Part shown: in pieces, positions 20,809 to 25,117 of the stretch
Position numbering within the stretch: position 1 is the first letter of the stretch
Layout: each line of letters begins with the position of its first letter
Made by a program: the position numbers and the translations under genes
Notes under the pieces: model-generated
The model's database searches: none
What the model was told of the DNA's origin: nothing
Seen by the model: only the letters and a program-made list of their open reading frames with translations
Source of the DNA: Campylobacterota bacterium
Lineage (GTDB): Bacteria; Campylobacterota; Campylobacteria; Campylobacterales; Sulfurimonadaceae
DNA: 25,117 bases
Assembly (NCBI GenBank): GCA_034661055.1
Contig: JAYEKO010000008.1
Coordinates: 1 to 25,117, forward strand
Reading direction: 5' to 3'

Positions 20809-22314
20809 ATGAAACAGTTAAAATGTGCAACATTTGAAGGTATTGAAGCAGTTAGTGTTGATGTAGAATCAACGTTTACAAAAGGATTGCCCTCATTTGG
20901 AATTGTTGGAGTTGTCAATACTGCAATTAATGAGTCAAAAGAGCGTGTAAAATCGGCTCTTTTAAGTAATGAATATAAATTCCCGCCAAAACGTGTGACC
21001 GTGAATCTCTCCCCTTCAGATATTAAAAAAGAGGGCTCCCAGTTTGATCTGCCAATTGCCCTATTGATTGCACTTAACCAAGACGAAGTGAGCTTAGATG
21101 ATTGGTATGTCTTTGGTGAGTTAGGACTAGATGGCTCAGTTAAAGAGAATGAACTGTTCTTTGCACTAATTCTCTCTCTAACCAATCAGGGTGTAATACA
21201 AAAAGCTATTGTTCCTCAGGAGAGTATGAAAAAACTATCAAATATCCCTTTGATTCAGTTTGTAGGTGTTAGCACATTAAATGAAGCTGTCGCTGTTTTA
21301 AAAGAGGGAGAAGTTGAATTTACATGTAAAGATGAAACAGATAATTTTCCATCAATTAGTATTGATGACATAGAGTATTTTTACATGCAAAATTATCAAG
21401 ATGACTTTATTGATGTAAAAGGGCAGGAGTTGGCAAAACGTGCTGCTTTAATAGCCACAGCAGGAATGCACAACCTACTTTTAGAAGGTAGCCCCGGGTG
21501 TGGAAAGTCTATGATTGCCAAGCGTTTGCTTAATATTATGCCACCTCTACAAAATAGAGAAATATTAGAGATTGCAAAATTACATGTACTTGAAGGGAAA
21601 GAGCCCACATTTGAGCCTACACGAAACTTTCAATCACCACACCACAGTGCTACCAATGCTAGTATTTTTGGCGGAGGCTCTCATCGTGCTAAGATTGGTG
21701 AAATTGGCTTAGCCAATAAAGGCATTCTCTTTTTTGATGAACTTCCTCACTTTTCTAAAAAAGCGCTAGAGGCACTTCGAGAACCGCTAGAAGATAGAAA
21801 AATTAGAATAGCACGAGTTAATTCAAAGGTGGAGTATGAGACCGATTTTTTATTTGTAGCTGCAATGAATCCTTGTCCCTGTGGAAATCTGCTAAGTAAA
21901 GAGAAGAGCTGTCGCTGTAGTGATTTAGAGATAAGCCGTTATAAAAACCGACTTTCAGATCCATTTTTAGACAGAATCGACCTCTATGTACAGATGCAGA
22001 GTGTTCAGAGTTCTGACAGCTCCTCGCTGAGTTCAAATGATTTACATGTAAAAGTAATAGAAGCATTTAAAATACAGAAGTTACGAGGACAGAGTGAACT
22101 TAATGGACGACTTAGTGACAGTGATATTGAGAGGTTCTGCATCATGAGTTTAGAGGCTAAAGCCATTTTAGAAAAAGCAGTTGCAAATTTTGCCCTCTCG
22201 TTTAGAAGTATTAAAAAAGTGCAAAAAGTGGCACGAACCATTGCCGATTTGAGTGTTTCAAAAGAGATTGAAAAGTCACATATTTTAGAAGCACTTAGTT
22301 TTAGACGGCGTTAG
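20809..22314 (+). CDS. comM: YifB/ComM family Mg-chelatase-like AAA+ ATPase
   Basis: VNLSPSDIKKEGSQFDLPIA, GSPGCGKS, PHHSAT, FFDELPHF, AAMNPCPCG and ARTIADL motifs. Confidence 0.9.
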   Translation: MKQLKCATFEGIEAVSVDVESTFTKGLPSFGIVGVVNTAINESKERVKSALLSNEYKFPPKRVTVNLSPSDIKKEGSQFDLPIALLIALNQDEVSLDDWYVFGELGLDGSVKENELFFALILSLTNQGVIQKAIVPQESMKKLSNIPLIQFVGVSTLNEAVAVLKEGEVEFTCKDETDNFPSISIDDIEYFYMQNYQDDFIDVKGQELAKRAALIATAGMHNLLLEGSPGCGKSMIAKRLLNIMPPLQNREILEIAKLHVLEGKEPTFEPTRNFQSPHHSATNASIFGGGSHRAKIGEIGLANKGILFFDELPHFSKKALEALREPLEDRKIRIARVNSKVEYETDFLFVAAMNPCPCGNLLSKEKSCRCSDLEISRYKNRLSDPFLDRIDLYVQMQSVQSSDSSSLSSNDLHVKVIEAFKIQKLRGQSELNGRLSDSDIERFCIMSLEAKAILEKAVANFALSFRSIKKVQKVARTIADLSVSKEIEKSHILEALSFRRR

Positions 22315-22397
22315 AAGCGGAAAAAATTACACTCAGTCAGTTGTGTTTGCATTTTTTTTAACAGGTAAGCTGCATCCCTCCAAAAAGGCATCGCAGT

Positions 22398-23996
22398 TTA
22401 TTTATGTTCAATCAAAAAATTAATACTATATTTCCCATCATAAGCATCAATACGTCCATAAACACTTACATCATCTCCACGGTCTTTGATCTTAAAGTGA
22501 AGATCATTTCCATAGATTCCAAGGATGTTAGCGTTATAGAGCTCAAGTATGTTTTCGTAATTTTTAATAATCTCTTTTCGTGAGATACTTCTGTCAATTT
22601 TCCCCTCTTTTAAAATCTCATAGTTAATAGTTTTAAGATGCCCCTTGTGATTGACGAGCTCTTTTTTCTTAGAGTAAGGCTTGGTTTTATGCGTACTCAG
22701 TTCTTGATTGTCGTACTCATATTTTGAAGCGATAACCGAGTGTTCAAGTGGTTTTATAAAATCAATAGTGATAATAGATTTTTTATCTCCACCGCTGACT
22801 TTGTGCAGTTCCACCCGTCTGTTTTGTGCACGTCCCTCTTCAGTCTCATTACTAGCAATGGGCTTTTCTTCTCCGTAGCCTTGGGACTGCAGGCGTGAAC
22901 TCTCAATGCCCTCAGTAATAATAGCTTTTCGAACTGAAGCAGCGCGCTCTTTGGAGAGTTTGTGGTTATAGGTGTCGCTTCCTTTATTGTCAGTATGTCC
23001 ATGCACCAAAAGCACCAAGTCACCATACCGCTGCATCAGTGCCACAGCTGAGAGAATCGCTTTTTTAGATTCGGGTTTCAATGTCGCTTTATTAAAATCA
23101 AAAAAGATCCCATCAAGAGTGATTTTCCCTGTTTTATCAAGCTCAGCCTTAATGGCATCGGGAGTCAAGATAAGCGACTGTTTAAATGCCTCTTCTTCAA
23201 TAATCGTCAGTGAAAAGGTTTTGTTATAAACGCTGAGATAGATATAGTTGATGGCATTATTGTGCTCAAGTCGAAAGAGTATATTGTTATCTTCGTCTTT
23301 TAAAATCGTGGCATCGAGTTCTAGTATTTTTGCTTTGTAGTCATGGGCGATAGCGTAGCGATGCGAATTTTTATCTGTGCCGCTGTTTCTAAAGTCCAGT
23401 TTCCAAAACTTCCCCTTGTGAATATGAGCTTTTTTGTTGTAGTAAAAGGTGTGTTCGTTGTATCTCTTGTATGAGTATCGCTCAATGGCATAATCTTTCA
23501 CATGAGCAATGGCAATATTTTTAGGAATCTCCACTTTTCCATATTTGCGCATTAACTGTTTATCGAGTTTATAGCTAATATTATTGTCAAAACTGACCAT
23601 TTTTGGGAAGTCTGCAACTTCTAAAAGTTCGTAGTTGTATGAAGTTGCATAAGTGTTAAGTTTCAGCCAGTACTCTTTGTCGTCTTTGGTAAAATGTCCA
23701 TAATTATCTGCGTTAATCTCTGAGGGCTTAATAGTAAGACTTTGAATAAAAAAATCTCTAACTACTTTTTTATGCGTACCGTTTTCAAATTTAGGATAGT
23801 TGAATTTCTGTTTCCATATATGGCCGTAAGCAGAGCGATAGCCTTCGCCTTTGAAGTAAAACTGTAGTTTGCCGTAACGTTCTTGTTTGAGCTTTTGAGT
23901 TTTTGTTACTGTGGGGTAAGTAAGCTCAAAGGGTAGGGATTTAGAGGCACTGAGCATAAGAGGAATGAACAGTAATAGCGTGAGTAGTGTTTTGAT
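22398..23996 (-). CDS. OmpA-family (peptidoglycan-binding domain) exported protein, probable ATC start
   Basis: IFFDFNKATL, GHTDNKGS, NHKLSKERA and GRAQNRRVE motifs. The frame extends 13 codons above ATG 23957 to an ATC at 23996, which follows AAGGA and completes a signal peptide. Confidence 0.85.
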   Translation of the reverse strand: MKTLLTLLLFIPLMLSASKSLPFELTYPTVTKTQKLKQERYGKLQFYFKGEGYRSAYGHIWKQKFNYPKFENGTHKKVVRDFFIQSLTIKPSEINADNYGHFTKDDKEYWLKLNTYATSYNYELLEVADFPKMVSFDNNISYKLDKQLMRKYGKVEIPKNIAIAHVKDYAIERYSYKRYNEHTFYYNKKAHIHKGKFWKLDFRNSGTDKNSHRYAIAHDYKAKILELDATILKDEDNNILFRLEHNNAINYIYLSVYNKTFSLTIIEEEAFKQSLILTPDAIKAELDKTGKITLDGIFFDFNKATLKPESKKAILSAVALMQRYGDLVLLVHGHTDNKGSDTYNHKLSKERAASVRKAIITEGIESSRLQSQGYGEEKPIASNETEEGRAQNRRVELHKVSGGDKKSIITIDFIKPLEHSVIASKYEYDNQELSTHKTKPYSKKKELVNHKGHLKTINYEILKEGKIDRSISRKEIIKNYENILELYNANILGIYGNDLHFKIKDRGDDVSVYGRIDAYDGKYSINFLIEHK

Positions 23997-24011
23997 AATA
24001 AATCCTTTTTT

Positions 24012-24051
24012 AGTCTTACATGTAAGACTCTAAAGCTTTACATGTAAGGCT
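24012..24051. repeat. Two tandem 18-bp palindromes with a TTACATGTAA core
   Basis: AGTCTTACATGTAAGACT (24012-24029, perfect) and AGCTTTACATGTAAGGCT (24034-24051, one mismatch), 22 bp apart. Confidence 0.85.
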
Positions 24052-24097
24052 AAAAGCTCCCAAGCGTAAGCTAAGGAACTAGAAAGAAAAAAAGATA

Positions 24098-25117
24098 TTA
24101 ATCACATGCTTCATTTTCGCATGGTTCAAACAAAAAGGTACAACTGTTTTGATATCCTGCTGAAGTCCAAGAGACAGGCTCTCCAGCTTTAACCTTACTT
24201 TCAAAATCTGCAGGAAGTGCTCCTGGACAATCCAAACCACTTACGGCCCCTGAAATTCCACTCATAGAACCTATTTGATAGGGATCAGGAACACCCTCCA
24301 TAAATTTAAAAGCAGCCCAATCCACACCATCAGCAGATACTAACAGAGGAGATAGACCATCGTCGTAAGCTAATCCGCTATAGCTTATTGTTGTATTTTC
24401 TGGGTAAGATTGATAATCATTGCCTACAAAAACTATAAATGCTGGAGTGCCTTGCGCATTAAGATTATCAATAAAATCTTGAGTTACTTGTTCATCTGCA
24501 GGAAGATTTGCATTAATTTCGTCAATATCAAAATATTCACTCTCATGCATCTTATCAATTTCTATAGGGAATTTTTTAATAGTCATTGAGCCACTACCAG
24601 GAAAAGAGCTAGTAAAAGCAGTGTGAAACTTCCAAAGTGGATTTTCAACTATATTGACTACCGTATTGGTATTACCACAAATGAGAATTGTCTTAGCTAG
24701 CTTGCCATTAACTAAAACTTTGTAATTAGCAGGCTTAAGGTCTTCGAAACGAACATTACCGTTTGAGTCTGTTATCGCACTATTGCTAAATGCTTCTGAT
24801 GCACACTCATCAGCAAAAATTTCTACTTGCGCACCTACTATTTTCTTCTGCTCTTTATCTTTAACATCGAGTGAAAGATAGACCTCTGCTAAGGCATCAT
24901 CAGGATTACTAATAGATACTGAGGCAGTTGACTTATCAAAGATAAAATGCGTAGAGAGTTCAACTTCGCAGCCACACTCTGTTTTAGCGTTTACACCATA
25001 TTCGCCATAGGGAAGATTGTTTTTTGTAAAACTCTGTCCATTAACACTAATATCAAAGTCATCCTCTTTCCCAGGACCATCTCTATGAAGAGTAAGCTCT
25101 CCTTTAAAAGGTGTGTC
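24098..25117 (-). CDS. Hypothetical secreted-type protein with carboxypeptidase-regulatory/CnaB-like beta-sandwich (5' end outside the window)
   Basis: Manual translation shows the frame of the 162 aa ORF stays open to 25117 (340 codons). It includes VKDKEQKKIVGAQVEIF...ITDSNGNVRFEDLKPANYKV. Confidence 0.75.
   Translation of the reverse strand, partial: DTPFKGELTLHRDGPGKEDDFDISVNGQSFTKNNLPYGEYGVNAKTECGCEVELSTHFIFDKSTASVSISNPDDALAEVYLSLDVKDKEQKKIVGAQVEIFADECASEAFSNSAITDSNGNVRFEDLKPANYKVLVNGKLAKTILICGNTNTVVNIVENPLWKFHTAFTSSFPGSGSMTIKKFPIEIDKMHESEYFDIDEINANLPADEQVTQDFIDNLNAQGTPAFIVFVGNDYQSYPENTTISYSGLAYDDGLSPLLVSADGVDWAAFKFMEGVPDPYQIGSMSGISGAVSGLDCPGALPADFESKVKAGEPVSWTSAGYQNSCTFLFEPCENEACD

Noticed and set aside
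22315..22397. Terminator between the convergent yifB and OmpA-family genes
   Set aside because: Only weak, interrupted stems were found.
24012..24080. CRISPR array or REP element
   Set aside because: There are only two units with a 4 bp spacer and no cas genes. The adjacent hairpin at 24055-24080 pairs at only 8 of 11 positions, too weak to call.
24584..24586. ATG start of a 162 aa protein
   Set aside because: The frame is open to the window end, so this is an internal Met of a longer gene.

Overview
AT-rich bacterial DNA, most likely from a free-living Campylobacterota (Sulfurimonas-like). This is inferred from the folE/fliI and tig-clpP-def-yifB gene order, the NifS/NifU Fe-S system and TATAAT-type promoters. 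The left end holds two near-identical copies of a secreted Ig-like/cadherin-domain protein gene that carry complementary in-frame deletions and are separated by an IS5-family transposase remnant. Next come a PIN-PhoH ATPase and a four-gene signalling cluster (REC-HD-GYP, single REC, globin-CZB hybrid kinase, heme c-PAS kinase). These are followed by nifU-nifS, fliI, folE, a cytochrome c lipoprotein, dbpA, a small SHOCT-like protein, tig, clpP, a degenerate GGDEF-like protein, def, a small multidrug export family protein, yifB/comM, an OmpA-family protein with an apparent ATC start, and a 5'-truncated secreted-type protein. The strongest signal not explained by genes is the palindrome TACATGTA, found 16 times by manual scan (7 as TTTACATGTAAA). 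It occurs in different reading frames and between genes, like a HIP1- or uptake-sequence-type iterated motif. All counts and alignments were done by eye; no database searches were run.
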